In this document: positions 9,001-17,662 of the stretch, piece after piece | How positions within the stretch are numbered: position 1 is the stretch's first letter | Layout of the letters: every line of letters begins with the position of its first letter | NCBI GenBank assembly: GCA_001004665.1 | Contig: LCRO01000001.1 | Location: 483-64,482 of the forward strand | Length of the DNA: 64,000 nt | Reading direction: 5' to 3' | Origin: Candidatus Adlerbacteria bacterium GW2011_GWA1_54_10 | GTDB taxonomy: Bacteria > Patescibacteriota > Minisyncoccia > Phycocordibacterales > SBAW01 | Position numbers and translations under genes: made by a program | The notes under the pieces: model-generated | What the model saw: the letters and a program-made list of their open reading frames with translations, nothing else | The model's database searches: none | Told to the model about the DNA's origin: nothing

Positions 9001-10617
9001 CTAGCTTTTCTTCTCGCGGTACTGGAGCGCTTCCAATATGTGCGAATCGTTGACGTCCGGCGATCCGTCGAGGTCCGCGATGGTGCGCGCCACTTTTATT
9101 ACGCGATGGTAGGCGCGCGGCGATAGGGAAAAGCGTGCGCCCGCTTTCTCCAGCGTGGCGCGCACCGAGCCCGTGAGCGGCACCAAATCATCGAGCTCGC
9201 GCGGCGAGAGATCACTATTTAGCTTGAGCGAAGTCGAAGCCTTGGTTTTATCCGTCGCTTTGCTCTTTTTAAATCTTTCCTTCTGTGCTGCGCGTGCGTT
9301 TAGAACGCGTTCGCGCGCGTCGCGCGTCTCGCTCCCCTGCACCGCGCGTCTTCCGAGCTCCTGAAGCTCGACCGGTCCCATCACGCTCCAAAGATCTATG
9401 CGATCGGCTATCGGTCCCGAAAGCTTGCGGCGGTACTTCTCGAGCGCGAACGGGCTACATGTGCATTCGATCTCCGGATGACCATAGTTGCCGCACGGGC
9501 ACGGATTCATCGCCGCGACAAGCGTAAAGCGCGCGGGGAAAAGAGCGGTGCCTTTGGCCCGCGCGATCGCTATAACGCGGTCCTCAAGAGGCTGGCGCAG
9601 AGCCTCGATGACGCGCCGCTCGAATTCCGGGAACTCGTCGAGGAAAAGTACTCCCCTGTGCGCTAGCGTCGCCTCGCCGGGACGCGGATTTGCGCCGCCG
9701 CCTACAATGGAAACATATGAGGAAGTGTGATGCGGCGCGCGAAACGGCGGCATCGTCATAAGCTCGTCCATGAGTGCGCCGGCTACCGAGTGTATGCCGT
9801 TTACTTCGAGTGCCTCGTCAAAGGTAAGCGGCGGCAAAATCGAGGCAAGCGCCCGCGCGAGCATGGTCTTGCCCGTCCCCGGTGGACCCGAGAGCCCCAT
9901 GTTGTGGCCTCCTGCCGCGGCGATAACAGCCGCGCGCTTTGCCGAAGCTTGTCCGCGTATGTCCTCGAATGCGAATTGCGATTCGCCGAAATCCGCTTCC
10001 AGTTTGGTTTGCGGCATGGGCTGGATTTTAAGGTTCGACCTTGAGGAGCCTTTTTTTAAGGTCAAACCTTGCGGGGTTTGGGTCAGGCGCCTCTGTTTCG
10101 TATTTACGTGCCCGACGACATCGAGGAGCGACCCCGCCCCGTAAATGTCTATGCCGTGGATGAGCGCCGCCTCGCGCGCATTCTCCAGCGGGACAAAAAT
10201 TCCGCGCTTACCCCTTTTCTTCGCTTCGGCGACGAGCTGGAGTATCCCGCGCACGCCGCACAGCCGCCCGTCAAGGGACAGTTCGCCTATGAAAAGATAC
10301 GGCTCCGGGTCGAAGCGTATGTCGCCTGCCGCCAGCAGATATGAGAGCGCAATGGGCAGGTCGAACATCGGCCCCTCCTTTTTTAAGTCCGCAGGCGCGA
10401 GTGATATGACAGTTTTTTCGTTTTTTACTTTCGGGGACTTAAAACCGCTGTGCTTTATAGCCGATGCGACCCTGTCCCGCGCCTCTTCCACAGCCTTATC
10501 CGGCAGGCCGACAATATCGAATTTGTGCAGTTGGCCCCCGGATATATCCGTCTCGACCGTTACTATATGCGGCGATAAAAGCGAAGTCTGCGCCCCGTAC
10601 ACTCTCGCGTACTGCAT
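9001..10617 (-). CDS. comM: ComM/YifB Mg-chelatase-like AAA+ ATPase
   Basis: VGLPDKAVEEARDRV, GPPGTGKT, PFRAPHH, LFLDEFPEF, AMNPCPCG and ARTIADL motifs. Confidence 0.93.
   Translation of the reverse strand: MQYARVYGAQTSLLSPHIVTVETDISGGQLHKFDIVGLPDKAVEEARDRVASAIKHSGFKSPKVKNEKTVISLAPADLKKEGPMFDLPIALSYLLAAGDIRFDPEPYLFIGELSLDGRLCGVRGILQLVAEAKKRGKRGIFVPLENAREAALIHGIDIYGAGSLLDVVGHVNTKQRRLTQTPQGLTLKKGSSRSNLKIQPMPQTKLEADFGESQFAFEDIRGQASAKRAAVIAAAGGHNMGLSGPPGTGKTMLARALASILPPLTFDEALEVNGIHSVAGALMDELMTMPPFRAPHHTSSYVSIVGGGANPRPGEATLAHRGVLFLDEFPEFERRVIEALRQPLEDRVIAIARAKGTALFPARFTLVAAMNPCPCGNYGHPEIECTCSPFALEKYRRKLSGPIADRIDLWSVMGPVELQELGRRAVQGSETRDARERVLNARAAQKERFKKSKATDKTKASTSLKLNSDLSPRELDDLVPLTGSVRATLEKAGARFSLSPRAYHRVIKVARTIADLDGSPDVNDSHILEALQYREKKS
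10028..10071. repeat. 44-bp AGG-N5-CCT dyad element (family B), in frame within comM
   Basis: TTAAGGTTCGACCTTGAGGAGCCTTTTTTTAAGGTCAAACCTTG, closely similar to copies in pnp, pgk and rpmC. Confidence 0.85.
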
Positions 10618-10654
10618 TAAACAACTCTAGCATGAGTTCTTCACAGCGAGCGAA

Positions 10655-10717
10655 GCAAAAGTTCCTTGCGGAGGAGTAGGGGTCGTGTTCATCTCTCCGG
10701 AGCGAGGAATCTTTTGC
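10655..10717. repeat. Intergenic palindromic element
   Basis: Arms GCAAAAGTTCCTTGC ... GCGAGGAATCTTTTGC around an inner GGAG/CTCC stem. Confidence 0.55.
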
Positions 10718-10725
10718 AAAGCGAG

Positions 10726-11082
10726 CTACATATGCTCTTTGCAGGTGCGTGCGGCGGGGTTTGCCTCGAGACGATCCTCTCCTATCGGCTCGCCGCAGAC
10801 CTCGCACACGCCGTACGTTCCTTTTTCTATTTTCCCCAACGCCTCGTTTATCTCGCGCAGGCGAATTTCCAGCTGGTTTGTCTCCTCGCGCCTCTCCCCG
10901 TATTCTTCCAGCTTGTCGGCCGCCTCATTGCTGTCCTGGATGGGGCTCATGGTCTCAAGACTGCCTCCGGTCGCATCCCAGTCGCCAGGTACGCTCGGAT
11001 TCTCGCGTCCCAATTCTTTAAGCTGGCCCTCGACCACGCCCCTCTCCTCCTCGAGCTTTTGCTTAAAGTATTCAGTATTCAT
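10726..11082 (-). CDS. DksA/TraR C4 zinc-finger protein
   Basis: Coiled coil plus GTYGVCEVCGEPIGEDRLEANPAARTCKEH. Confidence 0.9.
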   Translation of the reverse strand: MNTEYFKQKLEEERGVVEGQLKELGRENPSVPGDWDATGGSLETMSPIQDSNEAADKLEEYGERREETNQLEIRLREINEALGKIEKGTYGVCEVCGEPIGEDRLEANPAARTCKEHM

Positions 11083-11106
11083 GCAAAAGAGTATATCAAA
11101 TCCGCG

Positions 11107-12267
11107 TTACTGCGCGAGCGGGACTATGGGGGAGCTCGAGAGGCGGGATATTACTTCGCGCAGGGTGTATTCGTTGGTCGTTATCAGTATCGTATTGCGG
11201 GACAGGAAGGTCCATAGCAACAATATATCGCCGCCCTCGTTCTGAATGACGCGCGCATCGCGGTTCTCTACGATTTTGTCGGTAAAACCGGACGACAGGA
11301 CCGCACTCGGAGACGTTGAAGAATTGGTTAAAGTCTTCTGTTCCGCCGAAGGAGTTGCCGCACGCAGAGGAGCCTTGCGATCGAAAAGCGGCGAAAGGTC
11401 GCCCTGCATCGTGCGTTCCCACGCGAGCATGCCCGAGAACCCTTGCTCGTATGAGTCGACGCGCAAAATGAGAAGCGGCTGATTCTCGTCAAAAATATGT
11501 ATGCCAAGCAGATATGCCGGCTCCAGAGTCCGCACTAATTCCCCAGGCAGATAGGGTGCGAGAATATCAAGAAGCCGCGGCGCGGTAAGAAGCTCGGGCA
11601 CGCCGTCCTCCTGCTCCGCGGGAGTGGCGGGATACAGCCGCGCCACAGATCCAAGGGAAAGTGACTCGCCCTTGCGCGCCGCGTCGAGTTTTTGAATCAA
11701 AGCCGCGCGCGTATCCTCTCGCGCTACCTCGATAATGGTCGTATCGTCCACAAAGATAAACGGTGCCTGCAGTTGCCCTGCTATGGGTACAGAAGTATCG
11801 CGCGTCAGAACGAGATACAGCGCCCCCGCCGCCGCGGCTAGCAACAGAATCCCGCCAATAGTGAGAGCGGTCCTTTTGAGAAGCGTGTTTTGTTCCGGAT
11901 GGGGTGCCGCTTCTTTTTGCGAAGTTCCGCCTTGCGCCCTCCTTTCGGCCTCCGCGGCCGCGACGGAAACTACCGATACGTTTTTCTGCTCGATGACCCT
12001 CTCGATGTCTCTTTGATAGGTTTGTATCGGCTTTACGCCGTCCTCCCGCGCGGGCGAAGCGGCAGAGCCCAAGGGCGACGCCTTGGGGAGCCCCGGTGTT
12101 AAGGCGTCGCCTTGAATGCCGTCCGCTGGCTTCAGCGTAGCTTTTTGCTCTTGTTCCAAAAGAGCCCCGGCATTTACCCGCTGGGCGCTATCGGGTGAAA
12201 CCGATTCCTTTTTTGGAAGCAGGATTTTATCAAGATCTATCTTGTCTCCGCCCGTTTGGTCCGCCAT
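11107..12267 (-). CDS. Hypothetical single-TM CPR protein
   Basis: 386 aa, low-complexity N terminus, one TM, SGMLAWE...FTDKIVENRDAR C-terminal domain. Confidence 0.75.
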   Translation of the reverse strand: MADQTGGDKIDLDKILLPKKESVSPDSAQRVNAGALLEQEQKATLKPADGIQGDALTPGLPKASPLGSAASPAREDGVKPIQTYQRDIERVIEQKNVSVVSVAAAEAERRAQGGTSQKEAAPHPEQNTLLKRTALTIGGILLLAAAAGALYLVLTRDTSVPIAGQLQAPFIFVDDTTIIEVAREDTRAALIQKLDAARKGESLSLGSVARLYPATPAEQEDGVPELLTAPRLLDILAPYLPGELVRTLEPAYLLGIHIFDENQPLLILRVDSYEQGFSGMLAWERTMQGDLSPLFDRKAPLRAATPSAEQKTLTNSSTSPSAVLSSGFTDKIVENRDARVIQNEGGDILLLWTFLSRNTILITTNEYTLREVISRLSSSPIVPLAQ

Positions 12268-14431
12268 TGTTTTCTGATGTCTTAAGCCCCTTGCGAAACG
12301 CGAATTCCGGATCCGCGGCTTTTATGGAGAAATTGATCCGGCCCTTCTCGTCTATCTCTTTTATCATAACCCGCACTTTGTCCCCAACAGAGACCGCTTC
12401 AGAGATCTTTCCGATGCGGAACGGCGCGACTTCGGAAACATGAACAAGCCCCTCGGCATCCTTTGACGGCCCTATCTTGACGAATGCGCCGAAATCCATA
12501 AGCCGGGTCACTTCGCCCTCGTAAACTTCGCCGGGCATATACTCCTTTACTATCTGTTCTATCATCTCGCGTGCTTTTTGCGCCGTGCCGCTTTTGCCCG
12601 TGATATAGACCGAGCCGTCATCCTCTATAGTGATGTCATCCACGCCTGCGGAGTCCCTTATTCCGTTTATAGTTTTGCCTCCGCCGCCGATGACAAGCCC
12701 GATCTGGTCGGGGCGCACGCGCATTGAGATTATCTCCGGAGCGCGCGGGCTTAACTTGGCGCGCGGGGCGGGTATCTCCTTTTCCATAAGGTCCAAAATC
12801 TGCATGCGCGCGGCGCGCGCGCCTTCAAGCGCTTCCGTCAATATCGGCACCGGCACGCCGCCGAGCTTGATGTCCATTTGAATGGCCGTTACCCCGCCGC
12901 GCGTGCCGGCGACCTTAAAGTCCATGTCGCCATGGCTGTCTTCCGGACCCTGAATGTCGGTAAGAATTTTATAAACATTCGCGCCTCTCATCATTAAACC
13001 CATCGCTATTCCCGCGACCGGCGCTTTTATGGGGACGCCGCCGTCCATAAGCGCGAGAGTCGAAGCGCAGGCCGAACCCATCGAGGTACTGCCGTTGCTG
13101 GCAAAGCATTCCGAAACGAGGCGGATTGTGTACGGGAACTGCTCCTGGCTCGGCAGGACAGGCTCAAGCGCCTTTTGTGCGAGCGCGCCGTGTCCTATGG
13201 CGCGGCGATTGATGCCGCCCATCCTCCCAGTCTCTCCACCCGAGTACGGAGGAAAGTTGTAATGATGCATAAAGCGCCGCTTCTCCTCCTGCGATTCCAT
13301 GGTATCGACGAGCAGGGAGTCGCCGGGTCCGCCCAAAGTAAGCGCGGTGAACACATGCGTGCCTCCGCGGTAGAAGATACCCGAGCCGTGGAGAACGGGA
13401 GAGATGCCGCCGGCTTTTGCAAAAAGCCGGCGTATCTCGCCCATGCCGCGCCCGTCGGCGCGCTTGCCCTCCTCTATCGCCCCGCGATGTATTTCTTCGT
13501 CTATTTTGTCCTCGAAGTATCTGTCCGCGATCTTAAGGTTCGACCTTGAAGAGCCCTGGTCTGAGGTCGAACCTTGGGTTTCAAGCGCCCCGGCCTTCTC
13601 CAGCCACTCCTTTTTAAGCGCGTAAATATTTTTCTTTCCCGCCTCGCCGCAGAAGACCGTCTCTCCAAGGCGAGGGGCGAACTCCGCCTTGAACAATTCG
13701 GTAAGTGCGGTGGACAATTCGGGCTCCGGCGCGGGGCGCTTTTGCTTCCCGACCTCTGCGATTATGTCCTCTTGCCATGCGAGCAACTTGGAGTGCTCGG
13801 CGACCGCGCTCTCGAACGCCGCCGCTATCGTTTTTTCGTCCGCCTCCTTCGCCGCGACCTCTACCATGTTTATTGTCGTGTCTTTTCCGCAGGCAAGTGT
13901 ATCGAGCGAGGCTCTGTCGCGCTGTTCGTAAGTCGGATTAATCACAAAGGCGTCGCCTTGAGAAATCAGTCCGATACGCACGGCCGCGACGGGCCCGTTC
14001 CACGGGATATCGGAGGTCGCAAGAGCAAGAGATGCCGCGTTTACCGCCACCTGCGCCGGGTCGTCCTCATCAAGCGAGAGCACGGTGATTATGACCTGTA
14101 CCTCGTTGCGGATGTGGCCTGGGAAAAGCGGGCGGATGGTGCGGTCGACGATGCGTCCGGAGAGTATGGCCTCTTCGCTGGGCCTCCCTTCGCGGCGCAT
14201 AAAGCGCGAACCGAGTATGGCGCCAGCCGCATAGAAGCGCTCCTCATAGTCTACGGTGAGCGGAAAGTAGTCGATGTCGTCGCGCGTCTTTTCGGACATG
14301 ACCGCGGTTGCGAGGACCGTGGTGTTTCCGTAGCGCAGTAGGCACGAGCCGCTTGCGTTCTCCGCCAGATCGGTAAACTCGGCGGTCATGGTTTTGCCGC
14401 CGATGTCTATGGAATAACTTTTGCTTTGCAT
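12230..14431 (-). CDS. pnp: Polyribonucleotide nucleotidyltransferase (PNPase)
   Basis: FPLTVDYEE, RREGRPSE, HHYNFPPYS, SNGSTSMGS, GDMDFKVAGT, plus KH and S1 domains. Confidence 0.97.
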   Translation of the reverse strand: MQSKSYSIDIGGKTMTAEFTDLAENASGSCLLRYGNTTVLATAVMSEKTRDDIDYFPLTVDYEERFYAAGAILGSRFMRREGRPSEEAILSGRIVDRTIRPLFPGHIRNEVQVIITVLSLDEDDPAQVAVNAASLALATSDIPWNGPVAAVRIGLISQGDAFVINPTYEQRDRASLDTLACGKDTTINMVEVAAKEADEKTIAAAFESAVAEHSKLLAWQEDIIAEVGKQKRPAPEPELSTALTELFKAEFAPRLGETVFCGEAGKKNIYALKKEWLEKAGALETQGSTSDQGSSRSNLKIADRYFEDKIDEEIHRGAIEEGKRADGRGMGEIRRLFAKAGGISPVLHGSGIFYRGGTHVFTALTLGGPGDSLLVDTMESQEEKRRFMHHYNFPPYSGGETGRMGGINRRAIGHGALAQKALEPVLPSQEQFPYTIRLVSECFASNGSTSMGSACASTLALMDGGVPIKAPVAGIAMGLMMRGANVYKILTDIQGPEDSHGDMDFKVAGTRGGVTAIQMDIKLGGVPVPILTEALEGARAARMQILDLMEKEIPAPRAKLSPRAPEIISMRVRPDQIGLVIGGGGKTINGIRDSAGVDDITIEDDGSVYITGKSGTAQKAREMIEQIVKEYMPGEVYEGEVTRLMDFGAFVKIGPSKDAEGLVHVSEVAPFRIGKISEAVSVGDKVRVMIKEIDEKGRINFSIKAADPEFAFRKGLKTSENNGGPNGRRQDRS
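13533..13576. repeat. 44-bp family B element, in frame within pnp
   Basis: TTAAGGTTCGACCTTGAAGAGCCCTGGTCTGAGGTCGAACCTTG encodes QGSTSDQGSSRSNL. Confidence 0.85.
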
Positions 14432-14583
14432 CTTCGCGTTGGCGAAGCCCGCGGATTTCAGATTTCAAACTTTCGCTTGAAACCTACCTATCCGCGCGCT
14501 TCGCGATTATCTTTTAATCCGGTCCAAACCGATAAAACTGTAGCAAAAAAATAGGCCCGGCGCCATAAAAAACGCAAGTGATG

Positions 14584-15213
14584 TTATTCTTCCTCGCCCG
14601 ACATTCTTATCGCCGGATCGTCGTCCTCGCGCGGCTCGTTATTGCTTTCCGCTCCGTTACCGTTTGGCTTGCCTCCGAATCCGGGTATCCATCCGCGGCC
14701 GCCGCGGTATCCTATGAGATAGTTTTTCGGGTCCTCGCACATGTCTATAAAGTCGTCCGCCGCCTCGCGCAACTGACCCGACGCCGATTTGCTGAAGGCG
14801 ATGACCTCCACCTGTATTCCGTACGTATATTTAAGGTACTCGACCAGCGGAACGAAATCTCCGTCGCCGGTCGCCAGAATAACGGTGTCCAGCTTCTGCG
14901 CCATCGCTATTGCGTCTATCGCCATGCCGATGTCCCAGTCGGCCTTTTTTGCGCCGCCGGCAAAGACGCGGATGTCCTTGACCCGTGTCTCAATACCGAG
15001 TTTGTTGAGCGCCTCGAAAAATCCCTTCTCGTCCTCGCTCTCCGTCCTTATAACGTAAGCCATGGCGCGTATCAAGGTGCGGCCTGCAAGCGCCTCCTTT
15101 ACCACCTGTCCGAAGTTCACCTTCGCTTTGTAAAGATTTTTTGCGCTGTGATAAAGGTTCTGCGTGTCTATAAAAATGCCGACGCGCTGGCTTTTGTGCT
15201 TGATTATAGCCAT
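14584..15213 (-). CDS. NYN domain protein (LabA/DUF88 family)
   Basis: IFIDTQN, KKADWDIGMAID, TGDGDFVPL and ADDFID motifs. Confidence 0.9.
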   Translation of the reverse strand: MAIIKHKSQRVGIFIDTQNLYHSAKNLYKAKVNFGQVVKEALAGRTLIRAMAYVIRTESEDEKGFFEALNKLGIETRVKDIRVFAGGAKKADWDIGMAIDAIAMAQKLDTVILATGDGDFVPLVEYLKYTYGIQVEVIAFSKSASGQLREAADDFIDMCEDPKNYLIGYRGGRGWIPGFGGKPNGNGAESNNEPREDDDPAIRMSGEEE

Positions 15214-15265
15214 ACGAAAAACAATCTAGTTTTTAAAAAATAGAACCAGGCTTCAGTATACCAAA

Positions 15266-15532
15266 TTATTTCTTCAGCCCCAGTTTTTTGACTATTGCGC
15301 CATAGCGCCTTTTGTCCTTGGTCTCCAAATATTTAAGATGCGAGCGGCGGTCTGCCACAATTTGCAAGAGGCCGCGCCTCGAATGCTTGTCTTTGGCGTG
15401 CTTTTTAAGATGGCTCGCAAGCTCGTCTATGCGGCGCGTAAGTAGCGCGATCTGTACCTCGGAAGATCCGGAATCCTTATCGTGAACCGCGGATTCCTTG
15501 ATTATTTTGGTCTTTTTCTGCTTGGTAAGCAT
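15266..15532 (-). CDS. rpsO: 30S ribosomal protein S15
   Basis: DSGSSEVQIALLT...HLKKHAKDKHSRRGLL. Confidence 0.98.
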   Translation of the reverse strand: MLTKQKKTKIIKESAVHDKDSGSSEVQIALLTRRIDELASHLKKHAKDKHSRRGLLQIVADRRSHLKYLETKDKRRYGAIVKKLGLKK

Positions 15533-15617
15533 GAAGGAATAGTATCACGGCTATCTTAAAAACGCAAGAGCCGGCGACCGACTTCATTAAAACAAAGTAT
15601 TGTGCGACACTAAACAA

Positions 15618-16505
15618 ATGAAAGATCTGAAGTTCTTCAAAAACGAATTTCTTGAATATTTGGAGATCGAAAAAGGCCGGTCGGTAAAAACGGTAGAGAA
15701 TTACGATAGGTATCTTGTCCGCTTCCTGTCGCATGCCAATGTCGGCAAGCCGGATGAGATAAGCGAAAAAGTTATCCGCGAGTTCCGCCTGCATTTGAAC
15801 AGACAAAATCTAAAACTAAAAACTCAAAACTTCTACCTGATCGCCTTGCGCGCCTTTCTCAAATTTTTACGCAGGCGCGAGATCGGAAGTTTGAATCCGG
15901 AGCGGATAGAACTTGCAAGGATAGGAGCACGCGACCTCGATTTGATATCCTCCGACGAACTCGATCGCCTGATGCGGGCCCCAACGGGCGGTACTCTGGT
16001 TTCTTTCCGAGGCCGGGCCATATTGGAGCTCTTATTTTCTACCGGTTTGCGCGTCTCGGAACTTTGCCGGCTCAATCGAGACTTGGATCTGTCTCGCGAC
16101 GAGTTCTCTGTCCGCGGCAAGGGCGAGAAGGTACGCGTCGTTTTTCTCTCCTCCGCCGCCAAGAAGGCCGTCAGGGATTACCTAGACAGGCGCGGCGACA
16201 TTGACGAGGCGATGTTCGTCCAAATGGCCAGAAATGCCGGCGATGGCGATTTGCGGATAACACCGCGCAGCGTGGAGCGCCTTGTCAAACACTACGCCGT
16301 CAGGGCGGGCATCACGCGCAAGGTCACTCCGCACGTAATAAGGCATTCTTTCGCGACCGACCTGCTTGAGAACGGCGCCGATCTCCGCTCGGTGCAGGCA
16401 CTGCTCGGCCACGCCAACATAGCGACGACGCAGGTTTACACGCATGTCACTGACAGACACCTGCGCGAGGTTCATAAAGCCTTCCACGGCAAAAGAAGAA
16501 AATGA
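15618..16505 (+). CDS. XerC/XerD-family tyrosine recombinase
   Basis: STGLRVSEL, GKGEKVR, HVIRHSFATDLL, LLGHANIATTQVYTHV (R-H-R-H-Y residues). ATG 15618 preferred as start. Confidence 0.92.
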   Translation: MKDLKFFKNEFLEYLEIEKGRSVKTVENYDRYLVRFLSHANVGKPDEISEKVIREFRLHLNRQNLKLKTQNFYLIALRAFLKFLRRREIGSLNPERIELARIGARDLDLISSDELDRLMRAPTGGTLVSFRGRAILELLFSTGLRVSELCRLNRDLDLSRDEFSVRGKGEKVRVVFLSSAAKKAVRDYLDRRGDIDEAMFVQMARNAGDGDLRITPRSVERLVKHYAVRAGITRKVTPHVIRHSFATDLLENGADLRSVQALLGHANIATTQVYTHVTDRHLREVHKAFHGKRRK

Positions 16506-17308
16506 AACTTGTATCTTGGAACGTCAACGGACTGCGGAGCGTGCATAAGTGCGGACTGTTTGTGCCGTTCGTGCGGGAAATCCGTCCCGACATTTTATGC
16601 TTGCAGGAGACAAAAGCCGAAAAGGGCCAGGCGGAGATCGACTTGCCGGAGTTTGAGGAATATTGGAACTCCTCGACGCGCAAGAAGGGCTACTCCGGCA
16701 CCGCGATTTTTGTAAAAAAAGAGTTAAATCCGAAAGCGGTCGTACTAGGCCTTCCGGAAGATATCTGCAAAAAATATAAATTGCATGATGACGGTTACGG
16801 CGACCCGAACACCGAGGGGCGCGTTATGGCGGCAAAGTTTAATGACTTCTGGCTCGTCAACTCTTATACGCCCAACTCGAAGCCCGACCTTTCGCGCCTG
16901 AAGCTCCGGCACGAGCGGTGGGACCCCGCATTTCTGGAATATCTGCGGAGGCTCAATAAAGAAAAGCCAGTGATTTTCTGCGGCGACCTCAATGTTGCAC
17001 ACACGCGGAACGACTTGGCGAATCCAAAAGAGAACGAGGGCGAGCACGGATTTACCAAAGAGGAGCGGGAGGGCATTGATAAAATAGTAGAGGCTGGCTT
17101 TATAGACTCGTTTCGGCATTTTGTCCCCTCCGGCAACGGGCACTATACGTACTGGGCACCGTGGCGGATGTTGCGCGAACGCAACATCGGTTGGCGCATC
17201 GACTACTTTTTTGTATCAAAGCGTTTGTTGCCCAAAGTTGCAAAAGCGGAAATACTTCCCCATATCTTGGGTTCCGACCACTGCCCTATTGTGTTGGAAT
17301 TACGCTAG
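16502..17308 (+). CDS. xth: Exodeoxyribonuclease III / AP endonuclease
   Basis: SWNVNGLR, LQETK, GYSGTA, GDLNVAH, GWRIDYF and SDHCP motifs. Confidence 0.95.
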   Translation: MKLVSWNVNGLRSVHKCGLFVPFVREIRPDILCLQETKAEKGQAEIDLPEFEEYWNSSTRKKGYSGTAIFVKKELNPKAVVLGLPEDICKKYKLHDDGYGDPNTEGRVMAAKFNDFWLVNSYTPNSKPDLSRLKLRHERWDPAFLEYLRRLNKEKPVIFCGDLNVAHTRNDLANPKENEGEHGFTKEEREGIDKIVEAGFIDSFRHFVPSGNGHYTYWAPWRMLRERNIGWRIDYFFVSKRLLPKVAKAEILPHILGSDHCPIVLELR

Positions 17309-17329
17309 TGAAGTAATATGAAAATTGAA

Positions 17330-17357
17330 AACCGCCCTTCCGAGCGGAAGAGCGGTT
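17330..17357 (-). terminator. Rho-independent terminator
   Basis: Minus strand AACCGCTCTTCC-GCTC-GGAAGGGCGGTT-TTCAATTTT. The G-U pair favours the minus strand. Confidence 0.7.
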
Positions 17358-17604
17358 GTGCGCTGGTATTTCCTAAACTGGGAGAGAAGCTCCTACCTAG
17401 CTAGCGTGTCCGCGAACCACATTTTTGAACTAAAAGCGGGGGTTCGCACAGTAGCATCGGGGTGACAATGAATTTGGGAAATAGCGCACTATGCGCGCAT
17501 TGGGCAGCTACCCTACTGGCAAAGTGGATAGTTACACCTAATGAATGAAAGAACTAATGTTCCGAGTTTTCGCTCATGACGAGCTTTGACCAGGAAATCC
17601 GTCT
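17330..17604 (-). ncRNA. Candidate structured non-coding RNA (~275 nt)
   Basis: ORF-free region with a minus-strand TTTACA-N17-TACAAT promoter (17639-17611), several long stems and a terminator at 17357-17330. Confidence 0.5.
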
Positions 17605-17662
17605 GGAATGATTGTAAAGGACATAAAGGACATTGTAAAGGACATTATCCACACAATGTCCT

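Noticed and set aside
15618-16505. Tyrosine recombinase as a prophage or integron integrase
   Set aside because: It has Xer-like size and motifs, is coupled to xth among housekeeping genes, lacks an obvious IntI insertion and has no mobile cargo.
5476-16505. Genetic code 25 (UGA=Gly) as in Gracilibacteria/Absconditabacteria
   Set aside because: TGA terminates conserved genes in ATGA overlaps (pcrA/rsmA, xer/xth), and conserved ORFs are full length under code 11.
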